Origin: an uncultured virus (IMG/VR IMGVR_UViG_3300042691_045142)
Taxonomy: Duplodnaviria > Heunggongvirae > Uroviricota > Caudoviricetes
DNA: 20,000 bases
Virus record (IMG/VR): IMGVR_UViG_3300042691_045142
Direction: 5' to 3' (one strand)
Shown here: piece by piece, positions 8,785 to 16,358 of the stretch
Numbering within the stretch: position 1 is the first letter of the stretch
How the letters are laid out: each line of letters starts with the position of its first letter
Translations under genes and position numbers: made by a program
The notes under the pieces: generated by a model
What the model saw: the letters and a program-made list of their open reading frames with translations, nothing else
Told to the model about the DNA's origin: nothing
The model's database searches: none

Positions 8785-9298
8785 TGGGGACTCCTGTGAT
8801 TTGTAGTGTGTAACGATTGGTCATGCCGTTGTTGGCAGCTAGATGCTGGACATCATTGCGCCAGATATACGTGTCTCCGGCTATCCATTTTGTTATAGGG
8901 TTGCCATCTATTTCAAGATAGTGACCGCTTTGCCAATCTTCCAACATGACTATGGCACGGTATATAGAATCATCATCCACAATTTTGTAGAGTTTTTTAA
9001 ATCGAGCATAGGTGTCTGAGTGATTGGGCAACACAGTACCCGGAGGCATGCGATACACTGACCAGGAAAAATATTGCCAGGGAAAATGAAAACGGAAAGG
9101 TGCTATCCAAGGTGGTTCAGGATTACGCATGTCATACATATCTCCCGTGAATCTTGTTTGGGTATAGCCTAGACTGCGCCATAGCTCTAGACTTTCAGGA
9201 TCGTTGAAAGGTTCGTTGACATAGGGCAGACTCTGATGGCTGACCCACCAAGGTTCCACCCATTTCTTGACCCACTGTTTATTTTCTGGTATTACCAT
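8765..9298 (-). CDS. 2-oxoglutarate/Fe(II)-dependent oxygenase-like (cupin/DSBH) protein
   Basis: 177 aa. HxD 'LPNHSDTY', distal His 'QHLAAN', and 'RYTLQITG' with a candidate 2OG-binding Arg. 20-nt overlaps with both neighbours. Confidence 0.7.
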   Translation of the reverse strand: MVIPENKQWVKKWVEPWWVSHQSLPYVNEPFNDPESLELWRSLGYTQTRFTGDMYDMRNPEPPWIAPFRFHFPWQYFSWSVYRMPPGTVLPNHSDTYARFKKLYKIVDDDSIYRAIVMLEDWQSGHYLEIDGNPITKWIAGDTYIWRNDVQHLAANNGMTNRYTLQITGVPIEDPFL

Positions 9299-10511
9299 AG
9301 TGGATGATTTCGTAACCCTTCATGTCTGCCATTTTACGCCAAGGATCAACTATGACCGATCCTGCTTCGATAGGAGCATAGAAAGTATCGTCACGCACAT
9401 CACCTGTATAGCCATATGTGATTTGTCTATTGTGTGCCATCAACAACACACAAGCACCTTTGACTGATTGGATCACATTGGCATCGTCATCGGCCAAAGG
9501 ATCCAAATAACTCACAGAGAATCCAGCTTCCTTGATATAATATCCAATCAAAGTTGAGTAGCTACCGATGCAATAAGGCACATCAGGCTTGTAGGCTTTG
9601 CCATGTATGACGATGGGAAGATTCTTTTCTTTGGCTTTGTCTATCAAAAAGTGTGCAAGATTTTTTGCTTGTATTTCACGGGCATGCATGATGGTATCAA
9701 ACAGGTCGTATCCGATGTCATACTCTTCTGCCAGCCAACGCAGAGCGATGTTGTCTCGAGGATGACAAGCGCCAGCATCGCCCATGCCTGCTGTCATGTA
9801 CTTGGGTCCCATGATGCGCATGGTACTTTGTGCTAGAGCGTCTGTCACAACATCTACATTGATGTTGCCGATCTTCAGTGCAAAGTCCTGGATCATGTTG
9901 ACCAATCCAACCTTGGCAGAAATGAATGTGTTGTAGAAGATCTTGATGGCTTCGCACTCGTCCCAGGTGCCTGTGACATAGCGTGGATTGTTTTTCATCA
10001 GCGGACGATATAAATCAATGAGATCGCGCATTTCACTTGGATCACCGGTTTCCGTGCCAATCATGACCATTTCTGGATTGGCCATGTCCCACTTCACAGA
10101 ACCCATGGCAATGAGATATGGGTTGTACAAAAACTGATGGCGCTTGTCTAACAATGTAGCAAAATGTCTGCGAGTTGTGCCAGGCAGTACTGTAGAGATC
10201 AGCACCACACGTTTAGATTCTTTGGCATAGGCATTGACATACTCAATGGCCTGTTTCACGGCATCATGCCCAAAATCTCGTGGTTCCATGTGTGAGCTTG
10301 GAACTGATCCATCATAACCCTCTGAGTGCGGAGTGGGCACTGCGATAAACAACCAGTCACTGTTGTCTACGACTTCTTCTACATTGGTGCAAACTTTGAC
10401 TGTGTCACTGTAGCGTGGATATATATCATAACCGTAAACTGTGTAACGTTCTGCAAAGACTTCGGCGCAGTCCAGACCCAGTTTACCTAACCCAATAAAA
10501 CCTATATTCAT
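9279..10511 (-). CDS. UDP-glucose/GDP-mannose dehydrogenase family protein
   Basis: Start set at ATG 10511 (MNIGFIGLGKLG; SD GGAGG at 10517-10521). Rossmann GxGxxG, 'FIAVPTP', 'STVLPGT', 'IKIFYNTFIS', catalytic 'GACHPRD', 'GKAYKP'. Confidence 0.92.
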   Translation of the reverse strand: MNIGFIGLGKLGLDCAEVFAERYTVYGYDIYPRYSDTVKVCTNVEEVVDNSDWLFIAVPTPHSEGYDGSVPSSHMEPRDFGHDAVKQAIEYVNAYAKESKRVVLISTVLPGTTRRHFATLLDKRHQFLYNPYLIAMGSVKWDMANPEMVMIGTETGDPSEMRDLIDLYRPLMKNNPRYVTGTWDECEAIKIFYNTFISAKVGLVNMIQDFALKIGNINVDVVTDALAQSTMRIMGPKYMTAGMGDAGACHPRDNIALRWLAEEYDIGYDLFDTIMHAREIQAKNLAHFLIDKAKEKNLPIVIHGKAYKPDVPYCIGSYSTLIGYYIKEAGFSVSYLDPLADDDANVIQSVKGACVLLMAHNRQITYGYTGDVRDDTFYAPIEAGSVIVDPWRKMADMKGYEIIHYGNTRK

Positions 10512-10523
10512 TGTATCCTCCAT

Positions 10524-11783
10524 ATGTCGGTTCCTACAGATAATTTATATGATTTCATCCACCAGGTCACAGAAAAGCAGTACTGGCTCATGCGATTCTA
10601 TCCCTGGGGTAGCCGACGTCTGCTAGACTGTGGGGATTATCAATCCACAGTAGCGCATCTCAACGGGCCCAATGGCATACCCAAACATCAGAGAACAGTG
10701 GATCAGATCTTGCCTGAACTATTGCCTGCATTGCCATATGAAAAACAAGTTAGAAACTTCCAGCCTGTATTATTTTGTCATGATCAAGAACCCCTGAACT
10801 TTGATTTATATCAAGACTCTGATCCAGGAATGGCTGAATTTTTCAATAGCCAAAGCCACGACCCGACCTTTCCACATCCAGACTTCAATCTAAGAAACAC
10901 CATAGTATGGTCTTGGCAAAAAGCCTGGACACTGTTACACAGCGAAGTCAACAGTGCAGAGCTGGTCAAGTACGAAAACACCGGGCGATATGTTGGAGCA
11001 TACTGGTGGAGCCATGGTATGATTGCTAGAGACTGGTATAGGTATGCTGAGAATGATAGATCATTTTGTTACACTGACCCAAATAAGTTATTTTTAGTGT
11101 ATGCACGAGATTTTACCGGTACTAGGGTGTACAGAAAAGAGTTCTTGTCTAAACTCGCAGACATAGAACACAGTTGTCAAATAGGATCCATTGGTAGTCA
11201 TTCAGTGACATCAAACAGCAGTGCTGTGTATTGCAGTGACGATTTCAATGCCACGGGAATAAGTGTTGTGTTAGAGACTCTGTTCGATGATGTTAGGATA
11301 CATTTAACTGAAAAGATACTCAGGCCCATCGCATGTGGGCATCCTTTTATTTTGGCTGCGGGCCCAGGAAGTTTGGCGTTGCTCAGGCGCTACGGTTTTG
11401 AAACATTCAGCCCTTGGATCAACGAAAGCTACGATGACATCACTGACTCTGCCCTCAGAATGGAGGCCATTATTAACGAAATGAAAAGACTGGCCAATCT
11501 CAGCAGACAACAGCAACACTGGATTTTAGAATCCTGCAGGGCCGTGGCTCAAAGAAATAAAAAGAGATTCTTTCACAATGATTTCTTCAATCACATTGTG
11601 AAAGAACTTATAGACAACGTTGGTCTGGCTTGGGAAAAACATCAGGGCCAGTTAAGCCCTGATTTTTATTGGCAAACTCTGCGCTGGCGTCGTAAAAACA
11701 AACCTGAATATTTTACGCCTGAACGCAGAGACGATCACCGATTGTTGTTACCTCTAGTGCGTCAACTACGTAGATCTACTTAA
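10524..11783 (+). CDS. Putative glycosyltransferase-like protein (GT10-like TEK motif)
   Basis: 419 aa. 'SVVLETLF...HLTEKILRPIACGHPFI...GFETF' resembles the E(N/T)...TEK...P donor-binding motif of GT10 fucosyltransferases. Adjacent to a nucleotide-sugar dehydrogenase. Confidence 0.5.
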   Translation: MSVPTDNLYDFIHQVTEKQYWLMRFYPWGSRRLLDCGDYQSTVAHLNGPNGIPKHQRTVDQILPELLPALPYEKQVRNFQPVLFCHDQEPLNFDLYQDSDPGMAEFFNSQSHDPTFPHPDFNLRNTIVWSWQKAWTLLHSEVNSAELVKYENTGRYVGAYWWSHGMIARDWYRYAENDRSFCYTDPNKLFLVYARDFTGTRVYRKEFLSKLADIEHSCQIGSIGSHSVTSNSSAVYCSDDFNATGISVVLETLFDDVRIHLTEKILRPIACGHPFILAAGPGSLALLRRYGFETFSPWINESYDDITDSALRMEAIINEMKRLANLSRQQQHWILESCRAVAQRNKKRFFHNDFFNHIVKELIDNVGLAWEKHQGQLSPDFYWQTLRWRRKNKPEYFTPERRDDHRLLLPLVRQLRRST

Positions 11784-12099
11784 ACAGTATCATGGCCATC
11801 AGCACTGCTTGGATGATAAATCCAGCACCAATGGTCACGATATTCAGTGTATCCTTGAGTACCACTGCACGACCAAACAACAACACCAGGCCGCCCCACA
11901 TCAGCATGATGATATCCACCGAAGGGGTACGATCGCTGAGTCCTGTGAGTATGGCCAACAGCGTGGGCATTGTGGCGCCATGGATCAAGATCACTGCCAA
12001 CCAACCCAGGGTTTCTGCCGAGATGGTGTGCAGTTGTGTGGCTAGATAGTTGCTGAATCCCGATCTGATATTTCCGATGAACTGAAAGAACTTGCTCAT
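11776..12099 (-). CDS. Small multi-pass membrane protein coupled to the cell-wall hydrolase
   Basis: 107 aa with about 3 hydrophobic segments. ATGA overlap with the hydrolase stop at 12096-12099. Confidence 0.75.
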   Translation of the reverse strand: MSKFFQFIGNIRSGFSNYLATQLHTISAETLGWLAVILIHGATMPTLLAILTGLSDRTPSVDIIMLMWGGLVLLFGRAVVLKDTLNIVTIGAGFIIQAVLMAMILFK

Positions 12100-12701
12100 A
12101 CTTTACCTTCTTTCTTTTTGTAGAATATATGCCGACCAAACTGCCCCAAATACTGCATGTTGGGCCATCCGGGTTTCACATAGTCAGCGTGAAAATACAG
12201 TGCTTCTTTGAGACTGGGCAGTCGGAATCCTTCCAACAGGACCTTCTTGGCCACTTCCATGCTTTCATCCCATAGTGCAGGATGTACAGGCCGGATCTTG
12301 TGTGTGGGTTCGCAATACCATGAAAACTGGCACACGACTTTTTCATAGATTACGTTCTTCTGATATACCACTCCGCAGACGTCTTTGCCGAAACGTCCGT
12401 CATTGACACGGTTCATGGTTACCTGGGCCACACCCACTTTGCCTTCAAAAGGCTCAGAGGCGGCTTCCCAGTAGATGTTGCGGGCCAAGCATTCTAGTTG
12501 CTTGGAACGATCCGCGGTGGACACGAAGCCTTGGCGCCATGAGGCTGCTTCGTTGTCAGATGCTAGTGCATCCAGACGCAAATTTGTGACTGTGATCAAG
12601 ATCGATGCTACGATCATTAGGCCGATCACACGGGGCAGACTTACTAAAAGTTTGACCATGCCAACTTGGTGCGTTCTTGACTTTGATACTGTCGCTGTCA
12701 T
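12096..12701 (-). CDS. SleB/CwlJ-like cell wall hydrolase (Hydrolase_2) with N-terminal membrane anchor
   Basis: Start set at ATG 12701 (MTATVSK; SD GGAGG upstream). 'CLARNIYWEAASE', 'VAQVTMNRV', 'VCGVVYQ', 'CQFSW', 'ALYFHADYVKPGW', 'GRHIFY' are Hydrolase_2 hallmarks. Confidence 0.9.
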   Translation of the reverse strand: MTATVSKSRTHQVGMVKLLVSLPRVIGLMIVASILITVTNLRLDALASDNEAASWRQGFVSTADRSKQLECLARNIYWEAASEPFEGKVGVAQVTMNRVNDGRFGKDVCGVVYQKNVIYEKVVCQFSWYCEPTHKIRPVHPALWDESMEVAKKVLLEGFRLPSLKEALYFHADYVKPGWPNMQYLGQFGRHIFYKKKEGKV

Positions 12702-12834
12702 AACTTCCTCCTTGTTTACAGGTTTGTTTTTACCGTAGTAATATGTACAACTCCTACGACCACGGATAACTGCGCACATTTCCAAAAGAGCTATATTTAA
12801 CACAATCGCTCCAAAAGAAACAAACACAAGCTAT

Positions 12835-12863
12835 ATTTTAGCTGATTTTCTGATTGATGTCAA
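12835..12863 (-). promoter_or_regulatory. Near-consensus sigma70 promoter upstream of the cell-wall hydrolase
   Basis: Minus strand TTGACA (12863-12858) - 17 nt - TAAAAT (12840-12835). An additional minus-strand TAAATA at 12794-12799. Confidence 0.65.
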
Positions 12864-12903
12864 AATATTTTTCACCGTTCATCGAGAGCCACTGACATTT
12901 TGG

Positions 12904-12909
12904 TAAATA
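12904..12909 (+). promoter_or_regulatory. Putative late promoter TAAATA
   Basis: TAAATA upstream of SD AAGGAG and ATG 12947. Confidence 0.45.
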
Positions 12910-12946
12910 CTCCAAAGAATCCCACAAGAGGATCAAAGGAGCTAGG

Positions 12947-13225
12947 ATGGACTTTTTCAAACTCGTGGCCGAGGTCGGTTTCCCGATCGCGGCGGCATGC
13001 GCTGGTGGTTACTTCATTTTCCTCACACTGAAATTCATACTCGCTGGAGTGATGAGCTCGGTGCAGGGACTTTCAGGCATAATCACTGCTCTAGATAATC
13101 GTGTAAAAACAATGAACCATGATGTCATACGCATCGACACCGTGGTATCCAATGCATTGGGTCTCAAACCCGACACCAATCGTATTGCTAGAGCAGATGG
13201 CAAAAATGATGCCCGACGTGACTAA
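12947..13225 (+). CDS. Small membrane-anchored coiled-coil protein, paralogue A
   Basis: 92 aa, SD AAGGAG. 'MDFFKLVAEVGFPIAAACAGGYFIF' TM segment then 'ALDNRVKTMNHDVIRID'. Confidence 0.8.
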   Translation: MDFFKLVAEVGFPIAAACAGGYFIFLTLKFILAGVMSSVQGLSGIITALDNRVKTMNHDVIRIDTVVSNALGLKPDTNRIARADGKNDARRD

Positions 13226-13430
13226 AGATCCCCGTACCTGGACTGCTCAAGAACGCACCCATGTTTTTTGCAACAGGAACGAGTGGACCCAAATGTGCAT
13301 AGATTATCACGATCAAGAAAAGAATATTAGGAAGTTAGTTGATTTTGTAACCAAAAAGGAAGAAAAATGCTCTACGTGGACTACTCGTGGGATCTGTCAG
13401 AAAATCGCATCATTCTGGACGAAGAATTAG
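13206..13430 (+). CDS. Possible hypothetical protein (start uncertain: ATG 13206/13209 or GTG 13218)
   Basis: Fills the gap 13225-13367 on the same strand but overlaps the next gene by 64 nt. Confidence 0.35.
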   Translation: MMPDVTKDPRTWTAQERTHVFCNRNEWTQMCIDYHDQEKNIRKLVDFVTKKEEKCSTWTTRGICQKIASFWTKN

Positions 13431-13642
13431 ATATTGATCGGCTGGGTTGGAAAGCCGGTGATCTTTTCAAGGTCACTAATATAAATGGTCAAGCACAGTT
13501 GGTCAAGGTTGACCCGTTGGAAAAGTTTGTTCGCGGGCATGGCCCTGCCATGATGGGTATCGTCAACGAAGAAGATGATACTGTGCATTTTGTAAATGTG
13601 CCTACACCGCAGGATACGTTTGATATTTTAAAAAGGAAATAA
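13367..13642 (+). CDS. Hypothetical small protein
   Basis: 91 aa, SD AAGGA upstream. 'LGWKAGDLFKV' is reminiscent of AbrB/SpoVT-like swapped hairpins (weak). Confidence 0.7.
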   Translation: MLYVDYSWDLSENRIILDEELDIDRLGWKAGDLFKVTNINGQAQLVKVDPLEKFVRGHGPAMMGIVNEEDDTVHFVNVPTPQDTFDILKRK

Positions 13643-13643
13643 C

Positions 13644-13793
13644 ATGGGAAAATGGGAAAAATGGTATGAAGCGCAACCTGCACATATCAAGGCATGGTAC
13701 GATCAACCCAGAGCTATTTGGTATGATAGCGATATGTTGAAAGCCGTTGTGTTTGGAGTTTTGATCGGAGTGTTAGTTGGGCTTGCTGTTTGA
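13644..13793 (+). CDS. 49-aa membrane peptide (not in ORF track)
   Basis: MGKWEKWYEAQPAHIKAWYDQPRAIWYDSDMLKAVVFGVLIGVLVGLAV*. SD AAGGA. Starts 1 nt after the previous stop. C-terminal TM helix. Confidence 0.65.
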   Translation: MGKWEKWYEAQPAHIKAWYDQPRAIWYDSDMLKAVVFGVLIGVLVGLAV

Positions 13794-13800
13794 AGCATTC

Positions 13801-13923
13801 ATGATTTTTTACTTGTTGGAAACGCTGGTATTGATATCAGTGGCTGTTTGGTATTATCACGAACCTAAAACGGAACAAAAGAAAATACATGATCCTTGGG
13901 GATTTTGGAAAGAGGAAAAATAA
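13801..13923 (+). CDS. 40-aa membrane peptide (not in ORF track)
   Basis: MIFYLLETLVLISVAVWYYHEPKTEQKKIHDPWGFWKEEK*. Stop abuts the ATG at 13924. Confidence 0.55.
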   Translation: MIFYLLETLVLISVAVWYYHEPKTEQKKIHDPWGFWKEEK

Positions 13924-14274
13924 ATGGACTTAGTAGCACTGATTAACAAATACGGATTTCCTATAGTGGCTGCCGGCGGTATGGGATATATGATTTACTA
14001 TGTGTGGACCTGGGCCACCAAAGAAGTCAAACCTATCTTGAAAGAAGCCAACACTGTGCTGATTGCCTTGATCGATCGTATACGCATGTTAGACAATGAC
14101 TTGATCCGCTTGAATCAAAAAGTTGATGTGGTACTGCACTTACGTGGCAAGATCATCGAAGGTGAACGTGTGATAGAACAACAGAAAACCGAGCGCGAAG
14201 CTGATGCCAAGTTCCGCGAAGCACTCAAAGCTGACGAAGACGATAAAAAGACTGCCTCCGCTGGCGAGGGCTAA
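13924..14274 (+). CDS. Small membrane-anchored coiled-coil protein, paralogue B
   Basis: 116 aa, SD GAGGA. 'MDLVALINKYGFPIVAAGGMGYMIYY' and 'ALIDRIRMLDNDLIRLN' align with 12947..13225. Confidence 0.8.
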   Translation: MDLVALINKYGFPIVAAGGMGYMIYYVWTWATKEVKPILKEANTVLIALIDRIRMLDNDLIRLNQKVDVVLHLRGKIIEGERVIEQQKTEREADAKFREALKADEDDKKTASAGEG

Positions 14275-16341
14275 TCACTTGCTGGTTGCTCGATAGATGC
14301 CATCCCAGTCCAAGGGCAAGCCAGCAGACTTCATTTCCACACAGCGTTCTTGCCACATTTCATAGTAATGATCCATGGCGCCGTTGAAACGACCCATTAG
14401 GTCATTGCAAAACTTCACTGCCTGATCAAACTTCTGCTGTCGATAAAGATTCAGCATCGCATCATGCATCTGTGTGTCTGCTGATGAAACACGTAACTCA
14501 TCTCTGTGTCCTAACACTGTATAAATGTTCACACCTTCTTTTTTGCCTTTTACTGCGATACAGTCTAGCTCAAGCACAAGGTATTCGTCTTTTACATATT
14601 CGGCAGTTTTTGCCCCCACCACGATCTTGACACCGTACGGTTTACTCTGGCCTTCCAGTCTGGAAGCCAAGTTGACGCCATCACCAAGACAAGTATAGTC
14701 AAAACGCTGATCACTTCCCATGTTACCCACCACAACGGTGTCAGTATTGATGCCAAGGCCCATACCAAAAGGTGGTACGCCTTCTGCTTGAACTTCTTTA
14801 TTGAACTCATCCAAACTCCCTAACATTTCTAAACCTGTTTTTACAGCATCCTTGGCATGCTGAGTATTGTCCAAGGGTGCGTTCCAAAATGCCATCTGTG
14901 CATCTCCAATGTACTTGTCTAACGTGCCTTTGTTTTCCAAGATCTTTTTAGTCATGGCTGTCATATAACGATTCATTATTTTTGTTAGCCCTTGCACGTC
15001 TTTACCATAGTGTTCGCTGATACTTGTAAAGCCACGCACATCTGTGAACATGATTGACAGTTCACGACTGTCACCGCCCAACACCAACAGATCGGGATTG
15101 CGTTGTAACTGTGCCACAAGATCTGGGCTGAGATAAGTTCCAAACTGTTTCTTGATCTGTTGCTTCTGCAGGAACTCACTTATAAACTTAACGCCGTAAG
15201 TATGCAGAGCCACGAGAACAAGACCAGCTGTGCTTGCCGTCGCGTCTGCCAAGATTCGCCACTCACTATAAGCCAGGCCACTGGCAACAACAGGGGCAAT
15301 GACCCCAACAATAGATATAAGAATACCTGCATAAGTCCACCTCGACATTCCAATGATAATCAGTCCCATGACCGCTATGAATATGATTTCAACTCCATCT
15401 GCATAGTCAGGACGTTCGATCGTGACGCCGTTGAACATGGTAGCTATCACAGCGGCTTGTACTTCGTGTGGCCATACTGAACCACGAGGAGTGGGCACAG
15501 GATTGCCTAGCCCCCCGGCGGCCACGCCCACAATGACATCAGCACCACCAAAGTCCTTGGGCAAGTTTATAGCCGACACGCTTTGACTGCGCTGGCTCCA
15601 GTCGATCCATATGCGACCCAGACTGTCTGTGGCGATGGGACCAAATGCAGGTATACGCATCTTTTCTACGCCCAGTTCCGTGAGCTTGATCTGTGTGGTA
15701 CTGTCTCCTGCGCTTACACGCAATACTTCCATGGCCAAGCTGGGATACACTCGACCATCCACTGCCACGACCAAAGGCATCCTACGGTTGACACCGTCCA
15801 CTTCAGGCAGTGTGGCTACGATGCCCACGCCTTTAGCTCTCTTTTCCAGCATGTCAATGTTGGCTATGATGCCAGGGTACTGTACTATCTGATCGGAGAA
15901 CTCTGCTCCTATCACAGCAGTGCCCGGCTGTTTTGGTGTATTTTTCATACGATCCGCTGGCAAGTTAGGCAGTATGACATCAAGTTCGTTGAGTGTGGCT
16001 GCCAAGGATCCATCGCCACCGGATCGATCGCGTTCGGGCATCATGACATTGAATATGACCAGGCCTGCATTTCTTTTGTACAATTCCTCAATGAGGTTAG
16101 CGTACACCCGTCGATCAAAAGGCCACTGCCCGTGTTTGGCGATGGTATCTTCGTCGATGTTTACTGTGTAGATATCGGTGGGTGTAGGTGGTTGGGCAGT
16201 GATCAGGGTATCAAAGTAGCGTAGGCGCACACTTTCTACAAAGACAGGATCGGCAATTCTTATACTTAAAATAAGTGCCAATGTTATAAGTGCAGTCCAA
16301 GGACTTGTCAATAGTTTTTTGAGAGTGGATTTTTTCAACAT
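14275..16341 (-). CDS. CHASE2-domain class III adenylate cyclase
   Basis: 688 aa. N-terminal TM, CHASE2 motifs ('VNIDEDTIAKHGQWPFDR', 'DGVNRRMPL', 'YPSLAME'), three TMs, then cyclase 'IMFTDVRGFTSISE', 'GTLDKYIGDAQMAFWNAP', 'DYTCLGDGVNLASRLEG'. The Lys/Asp specificity pair indicates ATP as substrate. Confidence 0.93.
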   Translation of the reverse strand: MLKKSTLKKLLTSPWTALITLALILSIRIADPVFVESVRLRYFDTLITAQPPTPTDIYTVNIDEDTIAKHGQWPFDRRVYANLIEELYKRNAGLVIFNVMMPERDRSGGDGSLAATLNELDVILPNLPADRMKNTPKQPGTAVIGAEFSDQIVQYPGIIANIDMLEKRAKGVGIVATLPEVDGVNRRMPLVVAVDGRVYPSLAMEVLRVSAGDSTTQIKLTELGVEKMRIPAFGPIATDSLGRIWIDWSQRSQSVSAINLPKDFGGADVIVGVAAGGLGNPVPTPRGSVWPHEVQAAVIATMFNGVTIERPDYADGVEIIFIAVMGLIIIGMSRWTYAGILISIVGVIAPVVASGLAYSEWRILADATASTAGLVLVALHTYGVKFISEFLQKQQIKKQFGTYLSPDLVAQLQRNPDLLVLGGDSRELSIMFTDVRGFTSISEHYGKDVQGLTKIMNRYMTAMTKKILENKGTLDKYIGDAQMAFWNAPLDNTQHAKDAVKTGLEMLGSLDEFNKEVQAEGVPPFGMGLGINTDTVVVGNMGSDQRFDYTCLGDGVNLASRLEGQSKPYGVKIVVGAKTAEYVKDEYLVLELDCIAVKGKKEGVNIYTVLGHRDELRVSSADTQMHDAMLNLYRQQKFDQAVKFCNDLMGRFNGAMDHYYEMWQERCVEMKSAGLPLDWDGIYRATSK

Positions 16342-16345
16342 TATG

Positions 16346-16351
16346 TATTTA
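16346..16351 (-). promoter_or_regulatory. Putative late promoter TAAATA directly ahead of the cyclase start
   Basis: Minus strand TAAGTAAATACATAATG: TAAATA ends 4 nt before the ATG. No SD. Confidence 0.4.
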
Positions 16352-16358
16352 CTTAACG

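Noticed and set aside
11780..12139. 119-aa alternative-frame minus ORF and antisense ORFs over the 107-aa membrane protein
   Set aside because: The 107-aa frame has a coherent TM pattern and ATGA coupling. The alternatives lack either.
12702..12827. N-terminal extension of the hydrolase ORF
   Set aside because: Runs through the leader/promoter region. A strong SD precedes ATG 12701.
12781..12840. Short direct repeats considered as a CRISPR or iteron array
   Set aside because: Only two copies of 9-10 nt units and no repeat-spacer periodicity.
15160..16224. Plus-strand ORFs of 83-213 aa
   Set aside because: Antisense to the well-supported CHASE2 cyclase, with implausible composition.
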